64,000 bases of DNA, taken from an uncultured Acidobacteriota bacterium (GTDB lineage: Bacteria > Acidobacteriota > Thermoanaerobaculia > UBA5066 > Gp7-AA6). The notes below the pieces were generated by a model that saw only the letters and a program-made list of their open reading frames with translations, was not told the origin of the DNA and made no database searches. How positions within the stretch are numbered: the stretch's first letter is position 1; each line of letters opens with the position of its first letter. A program made the translations under genes and the position numbers. The stretch covers positions 96,265-160,264 of the forward strand of contig CAWEMP010000018.1 in NCBI GenBank assembly GCA_963810205.1. Direction: 5' to 3'. This document shows, piece after piece, positions 49,144 to 59,372 of the stretch.

Positions 49144-50962
49144 GTGAACCGCCGGTTTCTGGTCGAACACGTCCTCCGGCCCTACAAGTGGCCGCTTCTC
49201 TTCGCGTTCGTCGCGATGCTCTTCGAAACGCTCGCCGGGCTCCTGCAGCCGTGGCCCCTGAAGATCGTTCTCGACTCGGTGATCGGGCACCATCCGCTGC
49301 CACACTTCCTTTCGGGTCTGCACGACACGCTGGGGCGCCACAAGGGCGGGACGATCGCCGTCGCGGCGATTGCGACCGTGGCGATCGCGCTGCTGAACTC
49401 GATCGCCTCGTACATCGACTCGTACCTGACGACGAGCGTGGGCCAGTACCTCGCGCACGACCTGCGCAAGAAGGTCTACCACCACCTGCAGCGGCTGTCG
49501 CTCTCCTACTACGATCACCACAAGCTCGGGAACATCCTGTCGACCATCACCGACGACATCGACAACGTCCAGGCGTTCTTCTCCGCGTCCGTTCTGTCGA
49601 TCGTCATCGACGCGACGACGATCGTCGGCATGTTCGGCGTGATGATGTACCTCGACTGGAAGTTCACGCTGATCGCGATGGCGGTCACGCCGTTCCTGTT
49701 CCTCTTCGTCCAGCGCTTCACGCACCTCGTCAAGCAGTCGACCAAGCAGGTCCGGGCCAAGCAGAGCGAGATCGTCTCCGACCGTCGAGGAGTCGCTCGG
49801 CGCGATCCGTGTGATCCAGGCCTTCGCCCAGGGCGACGTCGAGGAGGAAAAGCTCGCCAAACGCAGCCTCGAGTCGGTCGACGCGGCGCTCTCCGCCCGC
49901 AAGATCAAGGCGCTGCTCGGGCCGGTCATGGACGTCGTGGCCGCGATCGGGACGGCCCTCGTGCTCTGGTACGGCGCGAGCCTCGTCCTCGCCAACGAGA
50001 TGACGGCCGGCTCCCTCGTCGTCTTTCTCCTCTACCTCGGCAAGATGTTCAAGCCGATGCAGGATCTGGCGAAGATGACCAACTCCGCCTCCAAGGCGGC
50101 CGTGGGCATGGACCGCATCGAGGAGATCCTCGAGAGCGACGCCCTGCTGCCGGAGTCGGCCGACGCGAAGCCGGCGCCGAAGCTCGACGGCAACATCGCG
50201 TTCGAGCACGTGGCCTTCGGGTACGACGCCGACAAGCTCATCCTGCAGGACGTCCACTTCGACATCCCGGCGGGGAAGATGGGCGCGATCGTCGGTCCGA
50301 CGGGCGAGGGCAAGTCGACGCTGATCAACCTCATCCCGCGCCTCTACGACCCGGCCAAGGGCACGGTCCGGATCGACGGGCACGACCTGCGCGGGTTCGA
50401 GCTCAAGTCCCTGCGCGATCAGATCAGCTACGTCCAGCAGGAGACGGTCCTCTTCGACGAGCCGATCTGGCAGAACATCGCCTACGGAAAGCCCGATGCG
50501 ACGCGGGAGGAAATCGTCGAGGCCGCGAAGCTCGCCAACGCCGACGAGTTCATTCGCAAGCTCCCGAAGGGCTACGACACCCTCGTCGGCGAGCGCGGCG
50601 CGGCGCTCTCGGGCGGGCAGCGCCAGCGCATCGGCATCGCCCGGGCGATCATCCGCAATTCGCCGATCCTCATCCTCGACGAGGCGACCTCCGGCCTCGA
50701 CGCCGCCTCCGAGGCACTCATCGTCGAGGCCCTCGACCGGCTGATGAAGGGGAAGACCTCCCTCGTCATCGCGCACCGGCTCGGTACGATCAAGCAGGCC
50801 GACCGGATCATGGTCCTGAAGAACGGGCGGATCGCGGAGCAGGGCACGCACGACGAGCTGCTGGCCCGCGGAGGGCAGTACGCGGAGCTCTACCGGCTGC
50901 AGTTCGGCGGCCAGGCGGCCGCCGCGAAGCGCGCGCCGGAGGGTAAGATTCCCGGCGCATGA
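49144..50962 (+). CDS. MsbA-like ABC exporter (fused permease/ATPase); one apparent frameshift near 49776-49781
   Basis: Six-TM exporter domain. Walker A GPTGEGKST, signature LSGGQRQR, Walker B ILILDEATS. The two halves are ORFs 49144.. and 49811.. in +1 relation. Confidence 0.85.
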
Positions 50963-51960
50963 GCCGCCAGGCGACGCGAACGCTCGTCGTCCTTCCCGAC
51001 GACGGAATCGGGCCGGTTCTCGCGGCGATCGCCGGCGCGAAACAGTCGATCTTCGTCAAGATGTTCCTCTTCACCGAGCCGAAGCTCATCCGCGCCCTGG
51101 CGGCGGCCCACAAGCGCGGGGTCATGGTGCGGGTCATGCTCAATCCCGCGCGACGGTCGGGACAGTCCGAGAACGGAGAGGCGAAGAAGCGCCTCCGGGC
51201 CGCCGGGATCACGGTCAAGGACACGCATCCGGACTTCGACGTCTCGCACGAAAAGTCGATGGTCGTGGACGGCCAGACGGCCTTCGTCAAATCGCACAAC
51301 TGGGCGCCCAAGAACTTCGGCGGAACCCGCGACTACGCGGTGATCACCCGCGATCCCCGCGAGGTGGCCGAGGTCATCGAGGGCTTCGAGGCCGACTGGA
51401 AGCGGGAGACCTTCGATCCCGACGATCGGCTGCTGATCTGGTGCCGGGGGAACGGCCGCGCCCGCATCGCGCGCTTCATCGATGGGGCGAAGAAGGAGCT
51501 CCTCCTCCAGAACGAGCGCTACCAGGACCCCACGATCGTCGAACGGCTCGTGGCGGCCCACGGGCGGGGCGTCAAGGTCCACCTCATGTCCCTGCCGCCG
51601 CACGCTCTGAAGGACAAGAAGCTCCTCGAAGGCGTCGCGGGCCTGCGGGTCATGCACGACATCGGGATCAAGATCCACAAGCTCAAGGGCCTCCACCTCC
51701 ACGCCAAGATGCTGCTCGCCGACGGAAAGCGAGCGATCGTCGGGTCGATGAACATCGCCCCCGGGAGCTTCGAATCGCGGCGGGAGCTCGCGATCGAGAT
51801 CGAGGACAAGCCCCTGGTCCACCGGCTGAAGAAGACCTTCGAGGAGGACTGGAAGAACTCGCACCCGATCGACCTCACGGACGAAGGGATCCGGAAGGAC
51901 ATGGCCAGGCACGGGACGCCGGAGGAGAAGCTCGCCCGCGTCTTCCGCCGGAACGCCTAG
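50959..51960 (+). CDS. Phospholipase D-like protein with two HKD motifs
   Basis: SHEKSMVVDG and LHAKMLLADG...GSMN. ATG overlaps the ABC exporter stop (ATGA 50959-50962). No signal peptide. Confidence 0.8.
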   Translation: MSRQATRTLVVLPDDGIGPVLAAIAGAKQSIFVKMFLFTEPKLIRALAAAHKRGVMVRVMLNPARRSGQSENGEAKKRLRAAGITVKDTHPDFDVSHEKSMVVDGQTAFVKSHNWAPKNFGGTRDYAVITRDPREVAEVIEGFEADWKRETFDPDDRLLIWCRGNGRARIARFIDGAKKELLLQNERYQDPTIVERLVAAHGRGVKVHLMSLPPHALKDKKLLEGVAGLRVMHDIGIKIHKLKGLHLHAKMLLADGKRAIVGSMNIAPGSFESRRELAIEIEDKPLVHRLKKTFEEDWKNSHPIDLTDEGIRKDMARHGTPEEKLARVFRRNA

Positions 51961-51966
51961 CTCCCC

Positions 51967-52803
51967 CTACTGCCGCTCCTCCCACTCCAGCCGCCGGTAG
52001 TCGAACGCCTCGACTTCGCGGGCGTTGAACTTGACGATGTCGAAGTAAGGCGACAGGTCGAAGTCGCGCGGCACGCAGAGGGTCGGATGCCGCGCCCGCA
52101 GGAGGCCGCTCCAGGCGCGGCGCGTCGGGCGGCCGAGCAGCTGCTGCCGGATCCGCTCGGCGGCGGTTCGCGGTTTCTTCCGAACCGGCACCGGGAGGAT
52201 CGGGAACCGGACCTTGCCGAATGCCTCGGCGAGGAGCGACGAGCAGATCGTCTCGGTCTCGACCCCGCTCCCGAAGTGCAGGGCGTCCTCGCGCAGGTCC
52301 GGCGGGATCATCTGGAAGGGGAAGAGGTATCGCGTGAGGTCCCAGAAGTTGCGCCGGTCGTACTTCCAGCCGATGCGCGAGATGACGTGGTCGAGCACGA
52401 TCGCGAGGTCCTCGGGCTTCAGGCCCACGGGCCGGCAGATGCGGACGTTGAGGTCGACGTACTTCGTGAGGGGCGAGACGACGACGCCCCGGTCGACGAG
52501 CGCCTCGACGAGCAGGTGCTTCGCCTCGCGCCCGAAGCGCCGCTGCGTCTCGGCGCGCGTGGCGGCGTCGCGCCGGAGCAGCGCGTCGCCGATGAAGATC
52601 GCGCTGTGCGACCACGACGACGTCGTCAGGTACTTGATCGCCTGCGAGACGCGCTGATCGCCCTCGACGAGCAGGACGTCGCCCGGCCGGATGGTGGCCT
52701 TGAGCTTCTCCGGGTCGTTGTAGACGAAGCGGCGGTAGCGCTTCCGGCGGCGCGTGAGGCGGCGAATGAACCAGTTCGAGAGCGCGCGGGTCGGGGAACC
52801 CAT
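51967..52803 (-). CDS. Hypothetical protein, possibly YiiX-like permuted papain-fold enzyme
   Basis: GDVLLVEG...SSWSHSAIFIGD resembles the YiiX/NlpC-P60-like layout. The assignment is weak. Confidence 0.45.
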   Translation of the reverse strand: MGSPTRALSNWFIRRLTRRRKRYRRFVYNDPEKLKATIRPGDVLLVEGDQRVSQAIKYLTTSSWSHSAIFIGDALLRRDAATRAETQRRFGREAKHLLVEALVDRGVVVSPLTKYVDLNVRICRPVGLKPEDLAIVLDHVISRIGWKYDRRNFWDLTRYLFPFQMIPPDLREDALHFGSGVETETICSSLLAEAFGKVRFPILPVPVRKKPRTAAERIRQQLLGRPTRRAWSGLLRARHPTLCVPRDFDLSPYFDIVKFNAREVEAFDYRRLEWEERQ

Positions 52804-52832
52804 GCCCTATTGTGCGCCCGGGCGGAGCGCGC

Positions 52833-53237
52833 CTACTCGTCGGGGAGCTCGGGCTCTTCCTGCACCTCGCGCTTGGTGCCCGGCGCGAGCAGGTCCATCA
52901 GGAGGTCCGGGAGGCCCTCCGAGAACTGGCTCCGGGGCATCACCTGCGTGACGCCGGCGGCTTCGGCCTGGCCCGCCAGCTCCTTGTCGACGTGGGAGAG
53001 AAACCCGATGACCGCGAGCCCGGCCGCCTTGCCGCGGCGCAGCTCCCGGACCGCCGAGAGCGCGTCGCCGTTGGACGAGAGCTCGAGCAGCACGGCCCCG
53101 GCGTCGGGCGCGGCGCTGGCGCGCACGAGGTCCTTGGCGCCGACGAAACGCACCGGCACGTTCAGATGGCGGGCGGTCGCCTCGATCTTCGACCGGAAGA
53201 AGAGGTCTTCGACGCAGGCGACGACGGACTTGCTCAT
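52833..53237 (-). CDS. Receiver-like (CheY-fold) protein lacking the canonical phospho-Asp
   Basis: 134 aa with an alternating beta/alpha pattern (VVACVEDLFF, VLLELSS, VIGFLSH). Glu sits where the acceptor Asp is expected. Acidic tail. Confidence 0.45.
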   Translation of the reverse strand: MSKSVVACVEDLFFRSKIEATARHLNVPVRFVGAKDLVRASAAPDAGAVLLELSSNGDALSAVRELRRGKAAGLAVIGFLSHVDKELAGQAEAAGVTQVMPRSQFSEGLPDLLMDLLAPGTKREVQEEPELPDE

Positions 53238-53275
53238 GGGCCGGTCGATTCTACTGCCGAATGCGGACGAACCCT

Positions 53276-54346
53276 TCAGAACATCTTCACCACGTCGACG
53301 AGGTACCGGTTGACCCAGAAGTGCGCGTCGAGGCGGCGCTGGATGCTGAAGGAGCCCTGGAGGTAAACGCGGGGAAGAAAGGTCCATGCGACCCCCAGCC
53401 GGTGGCCCTCGTACCAGGTGTGGTACCACCAGTCGTCGGTGTTGTAGGCCCCCATCGTCGCGTTGCGCTGGATGTACTGGTAGGCGTAGAAGCCCCGCCA
53501 GTCGCCGGGCGTGCCCGACCTGGCCGGCGAGGACGACGGCCTCGAAGGCGAGTCGTCGCCCTTGCTCGGCCGCGAAGTTGTCGAAGCCGTCGAGGGAGAC
53601 CTGGACGGGAACGCTCTCCGACGGGAAACCGCATACGCAGAAGCAGGTCGGCGACGTGAAACTCGGAGGCAAAGGTCGGCTGCGCCGTTCTCGACGCGGG
53701 TCGTGTTCTCGCGGATGTAGGGGGGAAGAGCTCGCGCGGGTCGAAGCTCCAGTAGGCCAGCGAGGCTTCGAGCGAGAAGCGCGACGGATCGCCGGTGCGC
53801 CACTGGACCTGGCCGGCGCGCGATGCGCGTCTGGTCGCTGTAGTGCTGAGGTCCGTAGAAGCCGGCGCCCGAGAGCGTCCACGCGCCGTCCGGGCTCGTC
53901 CAGGACGCCGCGATCCCGGGCGTCTGGATGTCGCGATCCCACAGCAGCTCGGAGGCCGCGAGCGGCATGCCGAACCGTCCGGCCTGCACCGTGAACCGCC
54001 CCGGTGTCCAGCGGACGTACCAGCGGTCGGCGGAGGCCCACCGCGAGATGTAGTTGTCCTGGAAGGGATAGGCCTCGGGCTCGGTGCCGTAGTCGAAGAT
54101 CCCCGCGCACGCCGATCCGCAGGTCGTCCCACGGCTCGAAGTCGATCTCGGGACGCAGCTCGAAACGGCCGCGGCTGATCGCTCGTAGCCCCGCCAGTGG
54201 TCGACGTGGTCGTAGCGGGCGAGGAAGTCCCAGCGCAGGGAGAACTTGGGCCTGGCCGGCGGCTCCTCGAAGTACTGCGGTTCCTGCGCGACGGCCGCTG
54301 CGGCCGCGCCGAGCATGCCGGCGAGGAGGGCGGCCGTCGCTTTCAC
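53276..54346 (-). pseudogene. Outer-membrane beta-barrel (porin-like) gene, broken by about seven frame changes as assembled
   Basis: Signal peptide VKATAALLAGMLGAAAAAVAQ. Barrel-like segments lie in three frames (RFELRPEIDFEPW, GIFDYGTEPEAYPF..., SLEASLAYWSF, VQVSLDGFDNFAAE, WYHTWYEGHRLGVAWTF). Terminal aromatic ...VDVVKMF. GTGA overlap with the kinase stop. Confidence 0.55.
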
Positions 54347-56476
54347 GCGGCCTGCGCGGTGACGCGCGTCAGCGCCTCGTAGAGGTCGTTGACGGTCTGG
54401 TAGCGGTCCTTCGGGTCCTTCTGCATGCACTTCAGGATGATCTGCGAGATCCGCGGGTCGATCCTCGGATTGCGCGCCTGCGGCGGAGGGGGATTCTCCT
54501 GGATGTGCTTGAGGACCACGGCGAGCGGCGTGTCGCCTTCGAAGGGCAGCGTGCCGGTGAAGACCTCGTAGAGCACGACGCCGGTCGAGTAGATGTCGGA
54601 GCGGAAATCGAGCGTCTGGCCCCGCGCCTGCTCGGGCGACATGTAGTCGGGGGTCCCGACGACGGTCCCTTCGGCCGTCATCCCGCGCTCTTCCTTGAGG
54701 CGGGCGATGCCGAAGTCCATGATCTTCAGGCCGCCGGTCGACTCGATGATGATGTTCTGCGGCTTGATGTCGCGGTGGATCACGCCGACCTCGTGCGCGG
54801 CGGCCAGGCCCGCGCAGATCTGCTTGGCGATCCGCAGGCCCACGGGGGTGGGCAGGATGTCGCCGGCCTCGACCAGCTGCTTGAGCGTGAGCCCCTTGAC
54901 GAACTCCATCGACAGGTAGCGCAGGCCGCCCGGACTCGCCGAGGTCGTGCGTGCGGAGGATGTTCGGGTGCGTGATGCGGCGGGCGAGCCGGATCTCCTG
55001 CTTGAACCGGTCGAGCAGCGTCGGGTCCGCCGACAGGGCCTCGCCCCGCAGGGTCTTGATCGCGACCGCGTCGTCGAGGTCGCGGTCGTGCGCGCGGTAG
55101 ACGACGCCCATGCCGCCGCGCCCGAGCACGCCCTGGATCTCGTACCGGGACGCGAAGAGCTGGCCCACGACGGGCTCGCCGCCCGGCCGGGTCGCCGGGG
55201 AGACGGCGGTGCGCGCGACGGTCTCGGCGTCGGCGGCCATCGACATCGTCAGCGAGGCGACGTATTGCTCGAGCGCGGCCTTCTCGCGCAGCTCCTCGAG
55301 CATCGCGCGGAACGATCGCGCGAGGATGCCGATCTCGTCGTTGGACTCGACGGGCAGGTCCGGCGCGTCGAGGTTGCCGACGCGGACCTGTTCGGTCGCG
55401 CGCACGAGGCGGCCGACGCCGCCGGTGATCCGGCGGGCGAGGAAGAACGACAGAACGAAGGCGATGACGAGCGCGGCGAGGCCGACGGCGACCAGGATCG
55501 CCTGGATCTGGCGAAACGCCGCGAGCTCCCGCTCGCGGCTGCGCAGCGCGACGGCGGCGCCGACGAGCTGGTCCGTCGAGGAGCGGATCGGCAGGAGATA
55601 CGCGAGGTAGGTCTCACCCGACAGGTCGAGCGCGAGGGGACCGATCGTCCGCCCCTGGCGGAGCACCGCCTGCACCAGGTCGGGCCGCCGCTCGATCGCC
55701 AGCATGGCGGCCGAGGTTCCGGGGCCCATCGTCGACGCGGCCACCGCGACCCTCGCGGGCTCGGACGGCTTGGCCGCATCGGCGAGGAAGACGACCTGCG
55801 TGTTGAGGAGGCGCTCCAGGTTGCGCGCGACGTCGTCGTCGATCTGGAAGGCCGCGGCGATCACGCCCGTCAGCCGCGCGCCGCCCTCGAGCACCGGCGC
55901 CGCGACGACGTGGTAGAGCTTGCCGCCCGAGAGCCAGATGCCTTCGGTCTGCGCTCCCTGGAGGGCCCCGGCGATCGTCGGCACGGCGGAGAGGTCGGCG
56001 GCGTAGGGGAGCGGCCGGTCCGTGCGCGCGAGCGCGACGCCGGCCGGGGTGGTGGCGATGAGGAAGTCGGCGCGCACGCTCGAGGCCTGCTCGCGCTTCA
56101 GGGTGTCGAACACGGTCGCCGGATCGGGGCGACCGGTCTCCGGCACGAGGGTCGACATCATGGAGATCGTGCCGGCGTTGTTCACGATCACGGCGAGCGC
56201 CCGGTGGAGCTCGTCGTAGCGGTTCTGCTGGAACGACTCCCAGCCCGGGCCGGCCTTCTTGAGGTCCTCGGCGATCTTCGCGTCGGCGACCTGCCGCGCG
56301 CGATAGGCCGAGACCGCGACGGCGCCGCCCACGGCGACGAGGATGAGGAGGGCCATCGCCAGGAAGATCTTGAGGGTCAGCGAGAACTTCGGCGGCGCCG
56401 GCGGCGGGAGCTTCAGGCCCTTCGGGCGGACCTCCGCGGAGGTCGACCCGCCGGCGGGAGCCTCAGTAACGCTCAT
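54343..56476 (-). CDS. Transmembrane sensor Ser/Thr protein kinase (periplasmic sensor-TM-HAMP-kinase); one apparent frameshift near 54925-54932
   Basis: Two TM spans flank a ~290-aa extracytoplasmic region. HAMP (ITGGVGRLV...NDEIGILARSFRAM). Kinase GRGGMGVVYRA..AIK, then HRDIKPQN, DFG and TPDYMSPE in ORF 54343..54909. Confidence 0.85.
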
Positions 56477-57143
56477 CTTCGGAGTCGGGAGGCGGGGGCT
56501 TGTAGTCCTTGCCGTACTTGTTCTTGTGGGTCTCGGGCTGAAACCCGGAGACGTCGACGCGGACCGTCACGGGCGCGTCGCCGGCGGCCCTGACGACGAT
56601 CGGAAGGGTGACCTCCGCGGCCGCCTGCTCGTTCCACGCCTTGAGCACGCGCGCGCCGTCCGGCACGCCCTCGAACCGGAACGCGCCGTCGGCTCCGGTG
56701 ACCGCCGCGAAATCCGAGTCGACGACCAGGACGAACCCGACCATCTGGGGATGGATGTTGCAGTAGACGCGGACGACGCCGGCCTCCTCGAAGGTCTTGG
56801 GCTTGGAGGCGCCGCTGCGGTAGAGGCCGAGGTCGAAGCGGTTGGCGCCGGAGACGGAGAAGACGTTGTGGTAGATCGGGTCGGCATTGGGAAATTCGAC
56901 GGTGGCGTTCTTCGAAACCGCCACGACCCGGGGCTGGAACCGCTTCGAGGCGCTCTTCATCTGGGCGGTGGCCTTCGTCCCGTTGGATCCGTGCGCCCCC
57001 TCGATCCAAACGACCGTATTGGAGACGTCCGGCAGCTCCTTGCCGTCCCTGACGAGGACGACACTGCCCGCGACCGTGCCCGCCGGAGCGGCGGACGCCG
57101 TGAGCAGGATCGTCAGAACGACGGCGGCGCCGCGAATTCCCAT
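56463..57143 (-). CDS. Secreted amicyanin/plastocyanin-like cupredoxin fused to a carboxypeptidase-regulatory-like domain
   Basis: Signal peptide. Type-1 Cu ligand pattern H (PIYHNVFS) ... C-x2-H-x2-M (YCNIHPQM). Then GADGAFRFEGVPDG (CarboxypepD_reg-like). Confidence 0.7.
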   Translation of the reverse strand: MGIRGAAVVLTILLTASAAPAGTVAGSVVLVRDGKELPDVSNTVVWIEGAHGSNGTKATAQMKSASKRFQPRVVAVSKNATVEFPNADPIYHNVFSVSGANRFDLGLYRSGASKPKTFEEAGVVRVYCNIHPQMVGFVLVVDSDFAAVTGADGAFRFEGVPDGARVLKAWNEQAAAEVTLPIVVRAAGDAPVTVRVDVSGFQPETHKNKYGKDYKPPPPDSEDERY

Positions 57144-57242
57144 GGTGCCTTGGAAAAAATCATAGCATCCGGCTCCCTCGTGCTCCCTTCCGGTCGCCCA
57201 TATAATCGACGCACTGATTCAAATCACTTAGGTGGAGGGTGC

Positions 57243-59240
57243 ATGGCGCACGGAGCCGGGTCGGATTTTCGCCCCTACGTTTCTCCGGACCAGGACATCC
57301 CCGAGTTCACGCTCAAGGCGGTCCTGCTCGGCATCTTCTTCGGCGTTCTCTTCGGCGCGGCGACGGTCTACCTCGCTCTGCGCGCCGGGCTGACGGTCTC
57401 GGCTTCCGTCCCGATCGCGGTCCTCGCGATCGCGGTCTTCAAGAAGATCGGAAACTCCACGATCCTCGAGAACAACATGGTCCAGACGATCGGCTCCGCC
57501 GGAGAGTCGGTCGCGGCCGGCGTGGTGTTCACGATGCCGGCGCTGCTCTTCCTCTCCGACGGCGAGCACTACTTCAAGTACGTCACGATCTTCGTCCTGT
57601 CGGCGGTGGGCGGGACGCTCGGCGTCCTCTTCATGATCCCCCTGCGGCGCGCCCTCATCGTCAAGGAGCACGGCAACCTCAAGTACCCCGAGGGCGTGGC
57701 CTGCGCGGACGTGCTGATCGCCGGAGAAAAGGGCGGCGACCTCGCCCGCATGGTCTTCAAGGGCGTCGGCGTCGCGATGCTCTACAAGTTCCTCTACGGC
57801 ATCCTCGGGCTCTGGCGCGAGACGGCGACGTGGTTTCGCACCGGGAAGAACGGCAAGATCCCGGACGCGACGCTCTCCTGCGACGTCACGCCGGAATATC
57901 TGGGTCTCGGATACATCATCGGCCCCCGCATCGCGGGCGAGCTCGCCTCGGGCGGCGTGCTGTCCTGGCTGGCGCTGATTCCCCTGATCTCGATCTTCGT
58001 CGACGAGGGGCGCATCGTCCAGGACTTGAAGAACCTGGGCTTCACCGACGCCTGGATGGCGAGCCACTACCACGCCGAGTGGATCTACCGTGCTTACGTT
58101 CGCTACATCGGCGCCGGCGCCGTGGCCTGCGCGGGCGTCATGACGCTCGTCAAGACGCTGCCGACGATCGTCTCGGCCTTCCGGGAGTCGGTCAAGAGCT
58201 TCGGCAAGGGCGGCGAGAAGACGGCCGCGGTCCGCACGGAACGCGATCTCGGCATGGGCCTCGTCGTGTTCGGTTCGCTCGTGCTGGCGCTGCTGATCAC
58301 GGTCCTGCCGGGCTTCCCGCACGGCCCGTTCCCGGGCTCGCTCCTGATGGGGCTTCTCGTGGTCGTCTTCGGCTTCTTCTTCGTGACCGTGTCCTCGCGC
58401 ATCGTCGGCATCATCGGCACCTCCTCCAACCCGATCTCGGGCATGACGATCGCGACGATCATGGCGACCTGCGTGGTCTTCGTCGCCGTGGGACGCACCG
58501 GGGACGTCTACCAGGCCGTCGCCCTCTGCATCGGCGCCATCGTCTGCGTCGCGGCGGCCAACGCCGGCGCCACCTCGCAGGACCTGAAGACCGGTTACCT
58601 CGTCGGCGCGACGCCCCGGCGGCAGCAGATCGGCTTCATCATCGGCGTGCTGACCTCGACGCTCGTGATCGGCGGGACGCTCTTCCTGCTCGACAAGACC
58701 TACGCGATGGGCGAGCCGCACGGCATCGGCGGCCCCAAGCTCGCGGCGCCGCAGGCGACGCTGATGGCGACGATCATCAAGGGCCTCCTGGCCCAGAACC
58801 TCCCGTGGGCCCCCGTGCTCGTCGGCGTCTTCCTCGCCTTCATGGCCCAGATGGCGGGCGCGCACGCCCTCTCCTGGGCGGTCGGCGCCTACCTGCCGCT
58901 CTCGACGACTTTCCCGATCTGGATCGGCGGCATGATGAAGGCCCTCGCCGACAAGATGACCCACCGCAAGGAAGAGAGCGAGCTGTCCTCGGGCATGCTC
59001 TATTCCACGGGCCTCGTCGCGGGCGGCTCCCTCGGGGGGGTGCTGATCGCGCTGGTCGCGTTCATCGGCGACTCGGTCCTCCACATGGAAAGCCCGACGC
59101 TCATCGAGCGGCTCGACCTCGGGGCGAAGCTCTACCCGGCTTTCAAGAGCGGCGTCGCGGGAGACGTCTTCTGCGCCCTGGTCTTCGCGGGCCTGTGCTG
59201 GCTGCTCGTGCAGAACGCGAAGAAGAAGCTGGAAGCGTAG
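57243..59240 (+). CDS. OPT-family oligopeptide transporter
   Basis: 665 aa, many TM spans. NMVQTIGSAGESVAAG, SNPISGMTIAT, QDLKTGYLVGATP. GGTGGAGGG Shine-Dalgarno. Frame intact. Confidence 0.9.
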   Translation: MAHGAGSDFRPYVSPDQDIPEFTLKAVLLGIFFGVLFGAATVYLALRAGLTVSASVPIAVLAIAVFKKIGNSTILENNMVQTIGSAGESVAAGVVFTMPALLFLSDGEHYFKYVTIFVLSAVGGTLGVLFMIPLRRALIVKEHGNLKYPEGVACADVLIAGEKGGDLARMVFKGVGVAMLYKFLYGILGLWRETATWFRTGKNGKIPDATLSCDVTPEYLGLGYIIGPRIAGELASGGVLSWLALIPLISIFVDEGRIVQDLKNLGFTDAWMASHYHAEWIYRAYVRYIGAGAVACAGVMTLVKTLPTIVSAFRESVKSFGKGGEKTAAVRTERDLGMGLVVFGSLVLALLITVLPGFPHGPFPGSLLMGLLVVVFGFFFVTVSSRIVGIIGTSSNPISGMTIATIMATCVVFVAVGRTGDVYQAVALCIGAIVCVAAANAGATSQDLKTGYLVGATPRRQQIGFIIGVLTSTLVIGGTLFLLDKTYAMGEPHGIGGPKLAAPQATLMATIIKGLLAQNLPWAPVLVGVFLAFMAQMAGAHALSWAVGAYLPLSTTFPIWIGGMMKALADKMTHRKEESELSSGMLYSTGLVAGGSLGGVLIALVAFIGDSVLHMESPTLIERLDLGAKLYPAFKSGVAGDVFCALVFAGLCWLLVQNAKKKLEA

Positions 59241-59268
59241 GCCGCGCGGTGCGCGGCTCTACGCTTCC
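59231..59268. terminator. Strong GC hairpin overlapping the OPT stop codon (no U-tract)
   Basis: GGAAGCGTAG-GCCGCGC-GGT-GCGCGGC-T-CTACGCTTCC. There are 17 paired positions. It lies in a convergent spacer. Confidence 0.45.
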
Positions 59269-59360
59269 ATCCCGAGCGCCGAAGGCGCGAGGGATCCCGG
59301 ACTCGATGAGCGGCTCGGCATTGTGGCCCGGGATCCCTCGTCGCAGCGCTCCTCGGGATG
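59268..59360. repeat. Family-2 palindromic intergenic repeat, copy B
   Basis: catcccgagcg..gcgagggatcccgg ... cccgggatccctcg..cgctcctcgggatg. It shares its arms with 16220-16302. Confidence 0.7.
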
Positions 59361-59372
59361 ACCGCCCGGGGT

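Noticed and set aside
57201-57206. A perfect TATAAT 37 nt upstream of the OPT start as a promoter -10 box. TAGAAT boxes also lie upstream of 14483 and of the TPR gene.
   Set aside because: No acceptable -35 element lies at 16-18 nt spacing, and I do not know the promoter consensus for this lineage. Not reported as a feature.
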